Assembly: GCA_045837725.1 (NCBI GenBank)
Contig: JBEWZL010000200.1
Span: 186,001-250,000 of the forward strand
DNA: 64,000 nt
DNA from: Vermamoeba vermiformis
Taxonomy: Eukaryota
Direction: 5' to 3'
Shown here: positions 37,601 through 50,931 of the stretch, one piece after another
Layout: the number at the start of each line of letters is the position of its first letter
Position numbering within the stretch: the stretch's first letter is position 1
Notes under the pieces: generated by a model
What the model was told of the DNA's origin: nothing
Database searches by the model: none
The model's input: only the letters and a program-made list of their open reading frames with translations
Made by a program: the position numbers and the translations under genes

Positions 37601-39551
37601 ATGGTAGGCATCGTCCAATTGATTGAGGGCATCGAAAATGAGAACCAGGCGAGGGTTCTTTGGATTGCCAGCCTTCTCAAGCAACTTGCGGAATATGATG
37701 ACCAACTCGTTGTAGTCTTGTGGGATCGGGTCATCGAATTCGTACTTGGCAGCCAATTCTTGCACCACGCGTGACAATGTGTTTCTAATGTTTGTAGAGC
37801 CAGGCGCGGCACCAATGAAGTGCGGCAAGACGAAGCACTCGCCGCTCAAGGCCTCAGGACTCGCCTTCATTTGCAATGCAAATGCAGATACGAGTGAGGT
37901 CTTACCGGCACCAGGCTCACCCACAATCACCATAGCTTTGTTCTGCGCGCTGTTGGATGGTGCGCAGTGAGCTTTGATTTGATTCATCAATGTGTCACGG
38001 CCGACAAAGAGTCGTGAGTGACTTTCGATGAATGACTCGTGGTAGCTGCGCTCCACTGACAAAGGATCGAGGTCCATTTGCTCAGTCGCAAACTACAAGA
38101 CGAATTAGCGTTGAGTGCTTCGCAGCGGTTAATTAAGCGAGCCTTACCTCCTCTTGCATAAAGACCCACAATTGCTCCAAAATGAAGTCGCCAAACTTCT
38201 CAAGGTCTCCCACAAGTGGCTTATTGTCAACAACGCCCTTCCATCTGCTGTGGTAATTATCCAACACCGCGAACCTCTTCGGATCAGCCACCGCAGCAGC
38301 CTTTCTGATATCGTCCTTGAGAATCTCCAGCTCTTGCGCAGCTGTCGGTGTTTCAGAGGCAAAGTCGCTTTTGTAATTAGGAGGCACGTCAGGCATGAAT
38401 CCCTTTATAGATATTGGTTAGAATATAGAGCTCAATATCTAATAATGTCAAACACTTACTGTGTCCCTCAGTGCAATGACTGCACGTGTGTTGTTCAATT
38501 TGTTCAAGGCACCAGCGTGAATTTCGAGGCAAGTCACGCTAGGCTTGGGGCGCAAGTCACTGATCCACGGCCATTTAGCCAAGGAATCGGAGTTGATTTC
38601 CGGGACAAAGCCCCATCTGCTGCCGACGACACCCACGAAGAATGGGGCACAGGACTCGACCTCGCCCAAACAGACTTCAACTGCGACATCGTCTTCAGTC
38701 ACACCCCAGCGCAGATCTACTGGGTGCACGTGTACGCGCAGTCTGTTGCATCTAACACGAGATATTAGGCCTAGTCTACAGATAATTTGAATGATGGCAC
38801 GTACCTTTCTTGCAGCTCGGGAAACACGGCACGAGTCAGATAGTCTCGCTCACCGTGCATGTCTCTGAATGTCGAGCTGATGAACACACGAGCTGTGCGC
38901 CACTTGCCAAGACTCTCTTTCGTGTGTTCTTTTTTGGCCTGTCAGAGCGCGTTAGGGCACGTCGCATTATTATTATTGTAACGTGATCCTCACCTTCTTG
39001 GCAGCTTTGTCACCGTCCGGTGCATTATTAGCTTTATCACCTTGGTGTGATAGTTCTTCGTCCTACGGAAACGTGGTTAGTTTTGTACAAATCCCAAGGA
39101 GCTAATTTTAGTAACAACTTACAATTATCATCTTATCTTCGGTCTTGCTAGCTGATGATGTGCTAGATTTAGCAGCGCTAGCCTTGCAAATGAATGGTGT
39201 GTGATCCACCAACTGATCTGCCTTCAAACAAGCGTCGATGAAAGCAGGGGTTACGATAGTCAAATTTTTGGAGACGGCACTCTGAATTTTGCTAGAGCCA
39301 GAACTAAATTCGGCGTCTGTAGCGATAACGTAGTTGATCTACAAAATTGTGAATTAGTCTCCAGCGCGAGATAATTTCAAGACTAACCAGCTAAAAAAAT
39401 TAAATTGAATAAAAAAGCAATAATAAATACTAAATACCTTAGGATTGACCAAATACTCAACATCTCCTCCGTGCTTCGTAATCTCCGTCTTCAGGTGAGT
39501 CACCGTCGAGACGGGAAGGTTTATAAAAACGAACTTCAACTTGGCAAACAT
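34685..39551 (-). CDS. TEP1-like STAND protein: BRCT - DUF4062 - NACHT - WD40 repeats
   Basis: Exons 1-2 BRCT (ITKHGG...YVIA...[11 protein letters not shown]); [50 protein letters not shown]; more than 12 GH...WD repeats. Confidence 0.9.
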
Positions 39552-40255
39552 TTCTTTTCTATATGATGTTGGTGTAGGATAGTGAATTTAATAGTAATTG
39601 ATTGTATTTATGAAATGTTTGGCCTTGTCCTTTGTTGGATTTAGGTTGGGAAAAGTAAATGGGCATAGAGAAAGTATAGCTTGGGCTATTCAGCAAATAA
39701 TACGCTCACTAATAAATACGCGTGAGCTGTGTCGCTATTGAGTGTTTTTTTCGGCCGTACGAAAATGATCTGGTGCAAAAAATCGCTGGCTCTTTTGTCG
39801 TTTTTGATTCCTGCTTTATTCGCAGAATGACGTCATCAGCTCCTTACATTGATGACTAAAGATTGGTTGGTCTTTATTTGCATAATGTCCCTCGTCTGGA
39901 ATTAGCATAGAGGTTTCTGTACGTGCCACGATCTGAAATATCATTGTGGGTATAAGAATATGACACTGATTATTTGACTTTGCTCGTGCAACGCGCCAAC
40001 AGTAATTTCTTTGCGTAATCGTCTGTTGAAGATTGTCTTATGTAATCAAAAAAGATATTCGCGGCCTCGTCATTCTGTGTAACTTTTATTTTACTATATA
40101 ATATTCGGCAATAATAATCGAGCATTAATTGCCTATTACATTGGATTAATCAAAGATTTTTTGCGTGTTGATCTGTTTGGTTGCGAGGGGACAAAAATCA
40201 AGCTGCAATAATATTTTTAGTCACCTGCACGCGCACACAACAACACAATACAAAT

Positions 40256-41898
40256 ATGAGTCATTCAAGTGGTATCGGAGGTACATATTAAAATTCAGAA
40301 TTGCTAGAGGAGGCAAAGATCGAGGAAGATTCGGAGCCAGTGATTCCTCGAGTCATTATGTTTTGCGACTCAGTTATTGATCGTGTATATTTTTATAGTT
40401 TCTGAACAACTCAGCAAAGTCTGGGGTAGCGCTCTTCAAAACGAGAACGTTCGTTTGATCAAGGTTCGCATTATCAACGGTAAGAAGTAATATTTATGAA
40501 TAATTTGGTGCTCATATTTTCTATTCGAATAGATTCTCTTGTTGATGTTACTTCCGTGCCCATTGGCTCCACAGATGCAGATCAAGATATCCTTTCAATT
40601 TTAATTTTCCAACTGAAGATTTTTTTGATATTACAGCAGACATTATGCAGCACCGCAAACACGATAACTAGCATAATTTTCCACAAATTTTCCAACCTAT
40701 AATTATTACCTCTGATCGCTAAAATCTTCCTTGACCGTTGATTACATTTCTCCAAAGCCACAGATCTTCTCGAACCCGTCGAGCCCTGCTTCATTTTGTA
40801 CAGATTGGACTCTAAGAACGAATATGGATTCCAATGGGTTATGATGTGCTACGTGCCCGACAAGTCTAAGGTAACTTCTTTAACGTCCAGCAGAGCTCGT
40901 TTTCGTCGGCAACTCTTATTTCTCGTTTACATGGAGCATTTAAATATTAACGCTGCGGATAATAGGTGAAGGATAAGATGACCTACGCTGCCACTCGTGC
41001 CAACTTGAAGAGACAATTGGGCAGCAACTACTTTGTCAACGAAGTCTTCGGCACCGTTGTTGTAAGTGACTCGAGCGATGTAACTGAGGTGATAGTCCTC
41101 GCAGGTCTAATGGTGTTTGAATACAGAAAGACTTTTCTAAGGACGGCTATGACAAGCACGTTGAATCACAACACGCTGATGCTCCTCTCACCCAACAAGA
41201 ACAATTGGCCCAAGAAGAGGTACGTTGAATACTCTTTACATATCATATTAAGGAGCACGAGCACTATGCATAGAGCAGATATTAATAGTTGCAATTAGGC
41301 CACCAGCGCAGTGTATGTCGGTGGAGGTGCTTATGTTCACGGTGTTGCCTTCCCCGTCGACCAAGCTGTCATCGATGCTTTTGGCAAGATGAAGAGCGGT
41401 TCTGTCAACTACATCCAATTGTCTATTGACGCAGCCAACGAGAAGATCATGTTGGCTGAAAAGACTACCGTGAATGCCATCGAAGACTTGAGAAACCATG
41501 TTTCGACAACTGAACCTCGCTTCCACTTGTACAACTGGACTCACAATGTTGACGGCTCTTCTGAGACCGCCCTTGGTAAGCTGATGAATCATGTCCTACA
41601 GTTTTAATATGCTAATGCTCTGTAAACAGTATTTATTTACTCTTGCCCTGACGGAGCTAACGGAACCAAATCCGCTCCTGTCAAGTTGAGAATGTTGTAC
41701 TCTAGCAGCAAGGCTAACGCTCAGAACATCGTTACCAGCGCTGGTTTGAATATTGCTGCTAAATTGGAGATTAACGCTCCCGTGGATGTCGTCGAAGATC
41801 ACGTTTACAAAATGCTCCACCCTGAAGTTCAACAACAAAAGCAAGCTTTTAGCAAGCCCACCAAGCCTGGCAAGGGTCAACGACGTCTTATTAAATAA
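40256..41898 (+). CDS. TWF: Twinfilin (two ADF-H domains plus C-terminal tail)
   Basis: MSHSSGI, PCFILYRLD, YVPDKSKVKDKMTYAATRANLK, EPRFHLY, FIYSCP, KLRMLYSSSK, AFSKPTKPGKG. Confidence 0.95.
40587..40745 (+). other. U12-type (minor spliceosome) AT-AC intron in twinfilin
   Basis: 5' ATATCCTTT, branch TTCCTTGAC at 40727-40735, 3' TTAC; removal yields in-frame ...DQ-D-FSKATDLLEP... Confidence 0.9.
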
Positions 41899-42144
41899 TC
41901 TCGCTCACTTGCCAGTACTGTCGTGTCTTTTATTTGTTTAGTAATAAATTTGCTGTAATCTCTTTTCTGGTTATTGTTATAGTATCAAGAATACAACACA
42001 TAATGATTCAACTGTATTTGTGTATCAATCGATTGTTGTGAGCGAGATCTTCGTGCGGGAGGTTGCAAAATTGTTCACTGAAAAAGGTCGAGCAAAGAAC
42101 CAAAACGAGTAAAAAAATTGATGGCGTTTGTTATGCATTAAATA

Positions 42145-44768
42145 ATGGATCGGCACCACGATGGAACGAGCAGTAGTGATAGTGACGTTTCCCAATCGAA
42201 CCTGCCGAAGCAGATGGCAGCTTGTAAAACTTGCAAAGAAAAACACAGACGCTGTAAGCAAAATATTTGCTGAATTGTTGTATATTTTTGAATATTAATT
42301 CAGATGTGTAATTTGACTCGCGTTCAAATTATTAATATAGCGGATTTATTCGCAGGTGACGGCTTAGCACCCTGTGGAAGTTGTATTAAGCATGGAGTAG
42401 AATGCGAGCCATCACAAAAGCCTTCTCGCAAAGGTCCCACAAGAGGTCAGTTCCGATTTGTCCTTTGCCACGGTTTATTAGTGCTGATCTAATTTTAACC
42501 GAATACTCATTGGTCATTTAGGTGAATTAAAGGAGCTGCGAGAGTCGGTTGGTCAACTGCAGCAAGACCTGGAAGTGGAACGTCAAAAATACAAAGATCT
42601 GCAAGAAAAATTCGAACTAATGCGCTCTAAGAAGGCAGAGGTACGTTAATTTCTAACTTCCATTAGTCAAATATTAGATTAAATTGATTACCGCCGCTTT
42701 TATATTGTTACGGCGGTGAACTTTCATCGGAGAAGATCTTTTACGAAACGAGAAATTTTGCTAATTATTTGTTCTTTTGTTGCTATAATAGTCAGAGGAC
42801 ATTTCTTTGTCTGGTCATCTTAGTTCTACGCACGCACTGGATATTACATTGAGGCGGTATAACGAACACGTTTTGCCATGGTATCAAGTTTCTGTCCCAT
42901 ACAAGGACTTTCAGTTCCTACGAAACAAAAAAGGTAATCAAGAAAGCAATATTTCATATTTCTTAGTTTAGACAGAACCTTCGAAAAAACATATTTGTTT
43001 TTTTTGCCTTATCGGGAATACTCACAATCTGCGTAGATCTCGACCCGCGGACGTTATGTACATACGCTTGTTTGCTAGCGGGTTCGACAATGTCTGGAGA
43101 TTCAAGACATACACTCGAACTATTTCAGCGTGTCAGGTACCTGTAGATCTAACCGCTCTGCAAGTACTAAATATTCTTTGCAGGACTGGGCTCAGCAGCA
43201 TGTACGACATGACTGACCCGTATATATGCGCTGTGTACATGATGTTAGCGCGGATCTACGTGATGTTTGTAGACAACGACAAAGCAGCCTTGTGCAACAC
43301 CACAGCTCTGCAGATGAGCGAGCGATTGATGGAGCGATTGAAAGTGCAAGAAGTGAATGGCATCAATTTAGAAGTCGTGAAGCAGAACTGCTTGTTGAAC
43401 TGCGTGGATAACAACAAGTGAGTTTGGTCTAGTAATTCCGCTCCGTACTCCGAGATTACTAACGTCGCGCGATAGGGAGCGGCAGATTCAAAGTCTCAAA
43501 CAAGTGGTAGCCAAGACGACCCTCAGTTCTAAAGGCATCACCATACAAGCGGTCTATTTGTTGCGTCAAGTACGTTGTTGACATTTGCTAATGTGTCTGT
43601 ACTAACAGTCACGCAGATTTGGACACTAATATCAACGGCCATGCGCACGAATGACAAGCTGTTTAACTCGCCAGAAAACATCCGCTACATCTTCTCGCTG
43701 ATTTCTATTGTGAAAGATATGGCCGACAAGTCTGACATTCGGTATGGATTATCTCCCTGCCATTAATATCATTTAATTACTAACATTGATTTTAGTGACA
43801 TTTTGAAAGTAAGACTGTCATCGAAAGTGGCTATTTTGACATTTTTGATCGGCATGGACACCACGGCAGAAATTGTAAGCGGTAATTTTGTGGTCCAAAA
43901 CAATTCTAACAATCAATGCCCAGTTTGTAAATAGAGTACTAGAAAAGGCTGAGACCGTCAGCAAAGAGCTGCACCACACGTTGTTTTTGATCGTGATTCC
44001 GCTGTTCATGCTCGGTCAGATCCTCGTGTTCAAAGGCGATCACGGCAATATTGAGCGGGTAAGTGCGGGTAATTCTCTCTGTAAGGCCTGTCATACTAAC
44101 GCGCTCAGGTCATACGAGCCATCAAACGACTCACTTCGGTGAGCCCCTACGCAACTACAATCGTCGACTCGCTTTCACGCGCAGAACTGGACTGTGACAT
44201 TCCCGAGTACTACGACGCAATCTTTTATCAACATATTCATCGATTCCGAAACACAAATCTCACGTACGGCAATGGCTTCAATCAAATCAGCGAGAAGGAG
44301 CTGTTGAGTATCTTTGAAGACACTCCTGAACCCGATGTCAATGTGACCAAAAAAGCACGTGTTGATGACCGCAGAAGTGTGCCTACAGCTACAGAGCCCA
44401 TGCAACCAGTGCAGCCTCATCAGCCTCGCATGCATGTCCATCAGCCTACTGCTACTAATGTCCAGCACCCAGGGAATCATGTGACTCATATGCAGCACCC
44501 TCAGTACTCATACCCTGCCACCAATGGGCATCACAACCCTTCCATGTATTATACTCCACCAATGCCGTATGTCCCGCAACAACAATACGCTCACAACTAT
44601 GCAGCACCCCCGATGATGTCGAACACAGCACACGCACAGGGTACTCTCAATTTGTCCCTCGACTACGAAGATGTCATTGAAACTGGTCCTCCGTCATATC
44701 AACCACCGAGATCAGACCCCTCTAGTAACGGGTTCAACAACTACCCCTATTATCCGCACACGAGGTAA
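42145..44768 (+). CDS. Zn(II)2Cys6 (GAL4-type) transcription factor
   Basis: Spliced ACKTCKEKHRRC|DGLAPCGSCIKHGVEC, coiled coil, helical middle region, Pro/Gln/His-rich C-terminus. Confidence 0.88.
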
Positions 44769-44907
44769 CTTGTAAATAAATTGTAAAATAAAACGAAACC
44801 ACATGCTTCGCCCAAACTGATAATTAATTGTAAGCACTTTGCTAATGTTTGATAAGGTTTTATTTGTTGATAAATATTCACTGCATAAAAAACGTGTCTC
44901 TTCGGGC

Positions 44908-47137
44908 TTAGAAGTAGTAGAAGCTGTCAATGTACTTCTGAGCAGCGCTGTATTCACGGTCCCAGTCGTTGCCCACAGTGCTGAACGAGATCAACAGCGC
45001 CATGTTGTTGCGCAAAGCAAACTTTTGCATGATAACACGCGTGTTGCGGCCCATTGGTGTTTCGATGCCGCCAGAGAGACGCAAAACTTTACCAGGCTCA
45101 CCACCCAACTCGCAGCTGTCGTTCTGCAAGACCTTGAAGTCACGAGCACCAGTCTCTTCAACCATCTTCTTGGCCTGATCGATCAACTCGAAGGCAATGC
45201 TGTCGAGTGACACATCGGGCTCGTTGCCTGCGCGGACATGTCAGTTGAACTTACTAATGACTAATGCGAGTACGTACCAATGTCACGGATGACAATGGAG
45301 ATGTGCACGGGCAAGTACATGCCCATGGGATAGTTACGCATAACCTCCAATTCACTGGACTGTAGTAAGGTGAGTCAAATGTACCTTCAAAGCGTGGGCT
45401 GTACGTACTTTAATAATAGCGAGAGTCATGCCCAAGAAATCTTCTTTGGGTGTGTAAGCGGATTGATTGAAGTAAATGCCAAATCGGTGAATCAAGTTCT
45501 CAACGCTGGCCAATGTGGCGTACTTGGGCTTCTCATCTGCGCAACCGTTATTAATACGCACTGAGTCAATAGATCACACGCGTTACTACGTACTGGCTTG
45601 CAAGAACTGGAAGGAGGCAACAATGCGCTCGAAGATCTTGAACGGTCGCTCGTCATCGTCCTCAGGTGTGTTGGCAATCAAGGTGATCGTGTAAATGAAG
45701 TTGTTGCGCAGTGTGAACACTTGCATAAATCGATCACCGACAGCGAGGGAGTTCGAGGCAAATGTGGCCACACGCGCGGGCAGACCACTGAGCAGCGACT
45801 TCTTCATGACCACTTTGTTCACGGGCAACAGCTTCGAGATCTGAATGCGAGCAATGCGGCTGACGTCCTTGATGGTGTAATTGGCTGAGGCTGGCAAGGG
45901 CGAGGCGTGTACGGCCAAGCTGATGTGCGACACTTCGCTGCCTTCGCGCGACCTGTCAAAGTGTCACATGGCGTGTCATTTACACGTCTCAACGCACACT
46001 ACTTACACGTAGTTGTAGCCGATCAATTGGCCCTTGACAGCGGCAATTGAGTCGACAGCAGACTCGGCCCAGGAGAGCGGCACTCGCACGGCAAATCTGT
46101 GCTCGAGTGACTCGTGGACGTGTGCGCGAAGAACAACGTGCTGCGTGCAAAAGAATTAGATCTCGTGCGCGGAGATATTGGCGATCACGTGACGTGCAAC
46201 ACTTGCCTTGATTTGTTTCTTAATTTTGATCAATTTGAACGACTGCAACATGGTCGCAATAGTCTTTTGATATTTTTCAAATAAACTGGACTCGCTGCTG
46301 AAAGTGAAGATGTACGCCACTCTGTCTTTCAATGTCCAAATTTGGAAAAATTGAATCATCGTGTCTTCGTCAACCTGCGGCCAAAAATCAGTGGACTAAT
46401 AATGACTTGATATTATGTTCAATACTTACAGGTGCGACATACATGCACTTAGTGGCCTTAAGTCCGCCCAACATGGCTGGCTCGACCTATTTAAATAAAT
46501 TAATATTTTAATTGGACTCCATAATAATGCATGTTTGACGAACCTTCATTTGGTCAGCAGGGAAGTCAGGAATGTCGCGCATTTGTTTAAGAGTCTTTTC
46601 AGTGTATTCATCGAGCGTTGTAATGTTTTCGTTGGTCAGATCTTGCGTCATTATGTTGACGGCAGGTTCAGTCATGTCTCCTGGATTCGCTTTTAAAAGT
46701 GTCAGTATTTACGAACGAATATTTGAGAAAAAATAATATTAATTTCGTGGTTCGTATTCAGTGGCCTTGCAGCAAAAAACAGCAAAGTAAAATTGATCTG
46801 ATCTGATCCACAAAAAAAAAATTATTGTAAGGGTGCTTATATATTAATTTATGTGACAGGTATATTTATGAAATATTTGCGGCTGTTTGGTATCGTATTA
46901 TTTTTTGGTGAGATATTTAGGCGGGATGTAAACTCACGGCCATAAAATAGTGAAGTAATTCCAGAATTAATTATTAAGCGCGTATATTCTTATAATATTG
47001 TCATAGGGATAATTACATGATTTAACAGGGGAAAATAACACAATAGTGCCGCTTGCATCTTCTTCTTTAGTCCATTCTTCAGGCACGTTCAAAGTGAAAC
47101 CCAGATGCGGGCTTTGATATGTTTGCCAAGTCGACAT
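44908..47137 (-). CDS. Protein with about three tandem PsbP/DcrB(Mog1)-like domains
   Basis: Repeats begin WQTYQSPHLGFTLNVPEEW / HESLEHRFAVRVPLSW / SVENLIHRFGIYF and end YIFTFS...MLQSFKL / YTITL...IVASFQF / LISFS...YIDSFYYF. Confidence 0.7.
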
Positions 47138-47288
47138 TATAAATATATTATATTTGGCTTGTATCCGAGTTCGATCTGTGTTCGATCAGCGACACGATAA
47201 CAAAAAAAACTAGTAAATTCACAGAAGTTGGGAGAAATAATTGCGAGTCCGTTAAATTCAATTTCCCAATCTCAACAATAACCACAAT

Positions 47289-48534
47289 ATGTTATCCACA
47301 GAGCAAGTTGAAGGGCCTAATATAGTACAGACATACATGAGCGCAACACAGCCCAATCCACTGCCTTCAATCACAATGATTGACTTGTACAACTTGCTGC
47401 AAGACTTAGGTGCTCAAAAATTAATATTAGACGTGCGAGGACTAGAAATATATGAACGGAATCATGTTAGAACTGCTTTCAAACTCAAAATTGAAGAGGT
47501 GTTGCAAAAGAAAAATTCTGTTGAGCTTGAAGGTAATTTTCTTGTATTATGTGTGATATATCAACCATTTTTTATCGATTATTATCGAATATTTTGATGA
47601 CGATTCATTTATTAAATTTTTGTAGATCTCAAAGACATAATTTGCCAGAAGGTTTACGATGCTGGAGGTGGCATTAATGGCGATGATTGGATTACAAAAG
47701 ATGAAGCTAAGAGCTTTAGAATGCGAGGACTCGTCTACTCAGATATTATAGTTTATGATGACGAGGTATTTCCATTGTATTTTGACTAATTTAAGTACAA
47801 ACATGTTAATTACTATATTAGGGCAAAATAGACGGATTGGCAGCACAAATTGCACGTGTATTAGTCACTGAAGGAAAAACAAAACGAGTTAGGCTACTCG
47901 AAGGTACAAAATATTTTTAGGTTGTATGAATATAGACTTAATACTATTATAGGAGGCTTTAATAGCTTCAGTGCGCGCTATCCATATTTATGTACTTCAA
48001 AAACACTGCAAAAGAAATCAGTCGAAGGAGCATTGCCATCAGAAATCATTCCAGACTTTTTGTTTTTAGGCAGCTACGAGAACGCGACAAATAAGGAAGT
48101 TCTGAACCGATTGAAGATCAGTCACGTGCTCACTGTCGCTGCTGAGCTTGATTTGCAGAACCCGCCAGATCTCGTGTGGCGTCACATTCGCGTGAATGAC
48201 ACTACCGGCGATGACATTGCCCAGCACTTGAGCACTGCTTTTCAGTTTATAGGTGCGTGATATGAATGAAATATAAGGCCGATACTGCATTGAGTTATTG
48301 ACACGTGTCACAGATGAAGCCAAGATTGCGCATGGTCGCGTGTTAGTGCACTGCGCTATGGGCATTAGCAGGTCCTCGTCAGTGGTGATCGGCTATTTGA
48401 TCAAGTACCACGACTGGTCTTATGATCAGGCATATGATTTCGTCAAACAGCGGCGCAGCACGATCAAGCCCAATGCGGCATTTGTAACGCAGCTTAAAGT
48501 ATTTGCGACGAGTAAGACGCTAACAGCGCAATAA
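47289..48534 (+). CDS. MAP kinase phosphatase-type dual-specificity phosphatase (rhodanese + DSP)
   Basis: LILDVR...HVRTA, LLEGGF..F...YP, PSEIIPDFLFLGS, VLVHCAMGISRS, RRSTIKPN. Confidence 0.93.
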
Positions 48535-48548
48535 ATGAGAATTAAATT

Positions 48549-49404
48549 CTATTTACATAGTGTATTTAACAAGGGTCTTAGTATTAATTGTAGCGAGACA
48601 AATTGATTCTGCCGCCGTGGATGTTGGTGTATTGCATCATGATGTTCGCTACCATCAGGATAAGACTTGAAGCCTAACGAACATATTAATACAAAGGATA
48701 ATATTCCAAATTTCGAATTAATACTTACAAAGACGGTAATTGCTGCGCCACACTGCGGATCGTCGGAACTGCATTGCGGGGCAAATGAATATAATCCGCT
48801 CAAGAAGACTAATAATGATTAGAATGGGTCAGGTGATATTAAAGGATGAAAACTTACAGACAGCTCCGCTGAAGATCAAGTTTAGCTGACAAAATACGAA
48901 ACAAATTATATACATGACGGGATGTGGTTTGATTATCCAGCCTGTCACAAGGATTATAAAGCTGATATTATCGAAATAATGCAATATCTTTACCTAAATA
49001 CAAACAGAATTGGACGACTGATATTGCGATTAAGGTCCAAAAAGGTTGCGAATCTTGCTCAAGCAAGTAAATCTTAGGCTCCACGCCAGCAATGATCGCG
49101 TAGCCAACTATCAAAGGCACGATACCAACTAAATACTGTAAGTATAATTGAAACCAGTGGGAGCAGCGCACGTACCAGCCAGCAGCACCAGCGTAAATAC
49201 TTGAAATCCGACTCGTTTTCTTGAAGGCATTTGAGTTGTTGTTGATAGTGTGAATAAGTAATTGTAAAGAGTAAACACGATAATGTGCTGGATTCCTCAA
49301 AATTGTGGAATAATGGTGTAAATTTCGAGTAGATCGCGCCTCGATTTATAACAATTCTCTACTCCAATGCGACGCAAGATCTTCGTACCCGTGTACATAT
49401 ACAT
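48549..49404 (-). CDS. Hypothetical small multi-pass membrane protein
   Basis: Hydrophobic exons bounded by GT-AG; start uncertain. Confidence 0.45.
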
Positions 49405-49460
49405 CCACTAGAGTTTGCGTTCAACGAGTTGCTGGCATAATCAGAAACAATGAACGAATT

Positions 49461-50813
49461 CTACTTGGCACTAAATCCGCTCGGTACAACAGCAATGCCA
49501 GATTCAAACGGATCGCGCCACGAATAGACGCCCTTAATAATGAGCTGGTGAAACAATCGCTTCTCGCGCACGGTAGCATTAGATAGCTCCAATTTGCGCG
49601 GATGAATAGTGCTCGCTGACCGCTCACTCATCACTCGTCGCACATTGTCCGCGTACAGCTGCGCAGAGGCCCGCTCTTGCTCTGAGGGGCAATAGAGTGG
49701 CAAATAGGTGACCTGTGCGACGTTGTATTAGTCGAGTTAGCTAATTAAACTGAACCAACACTCACCTCAAGCACCGTGCGCCACTGACTGAGCGACAAGA
49801 CGAGATGCAGCCACACCGGAATAGTCTCCCAGCCTTGCGAGAACAGAGGGGAGTGGTATCTAGGAGAGGGTCAATAGCGTGAGTTACTGTTGGACAAAGG
49901 AAGCATAACTCGCGTACCTTAGTATGACTGGCTGCACTGTTCAGTGAAACAAATCAGTTAGTGTCACTCAAAGACAAATCACGTGATTGGTCAGAACTGT
50001 AGTTGTTAGCTAACACGTACCTGGCTGACCAGCAACAAATGCACCAGTTCTGAACGGCACTGCAAATGAGTTAGACAGGTGTCAAAGTGTCAAACACTGA
50101 TCTCTACGCACGCAAGTACTCGCCGTTAGTCGTCGTGCCTTCAGCGAACACGAACAGCGGTGTCAACGAAGTGTCTTCGCTGTTGACACGTGTCACTAGC
50201 TGACTCGCATCACCCACACCACGTGCGCCGTCAAGTGCGCCACTGACCCAGACACATTGCCAGGCACGTGCCAGAGTGCCAATGAATGGCACGTGTTGCA
50301 CGCCATATTTAGCCACGAGTGCTGGACAGTGCGCGGATTGGGCCCAAATGATGTCGAGATAGGACACGTGATTTGATACTAGGACGCGCGCTGAGGCATC
50401 GAACTTGCCGCGCTGCGTGACTGACTGACCAAAACACAACAGTGCAATGCGCCCTGAGAGGTGCGGATTAGACCGAGCAGATTCCGAAATTTATCAACCA
50501 AGAAATATTTCAGGCGTTCTCCAGGTCATATTTACCTGCAATCTTGCCAGTAACACGCGTCCATTTAATTGCTGATTTTTCTAAAATTTGGTAAGTTAAT
50601 ATTAAACTTGCCTGGCTTAGTTCAAACTTGATTCTTACCACTAAATAATCTAAATAATATCTTGACTGTGATATAATAGCTTATCAGTAAGAAAATTAAC
50701 CCGAATAATCGGATGGGCAATAGTACGATGGATCCAAATAGGATTTGTAGCCATTGACGTGGTGTCCAACGGATCCAGCGATGGACAAACGGTGCAACTT
50801 GAATAGCTTCCAT
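49461..50813 (-). CDS. Lysophospholipid acyltransferase (LPCAT/LPEAT, PlsC family)
   Basis: LLPIRL, VSNHVSYLD, FAEGTTTNG, FRTGAF, PV|QPVILR, YADNVRRVM. Confidence 0.92.
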
Positions 50814-50931
50814 CTGGCCACACTATGTGATCAAACTCATCGTGCACATCAAGTAACCCCGCGTGCACAAGGCTATTTAAAGTCGCAAGTAAAATTCAAT
50901 AGAAAATAGTTCTTGCGCTGCACAGCACAAC

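Noticed and set aside
34692-38790. Many antisense and alternate-frame ORFs over the NACHT-WD40 gene (also over sedolisin, amine oxidase, PIGO)
   Set aside because: Shadow ORFs from codon bias; no recognisable motifs
39552-40255. TGACGTCA and ATTTGCAT motifs in the divergent promoter region
   Set aside because: Single short motifs, compatible with chance; no supporting evidence
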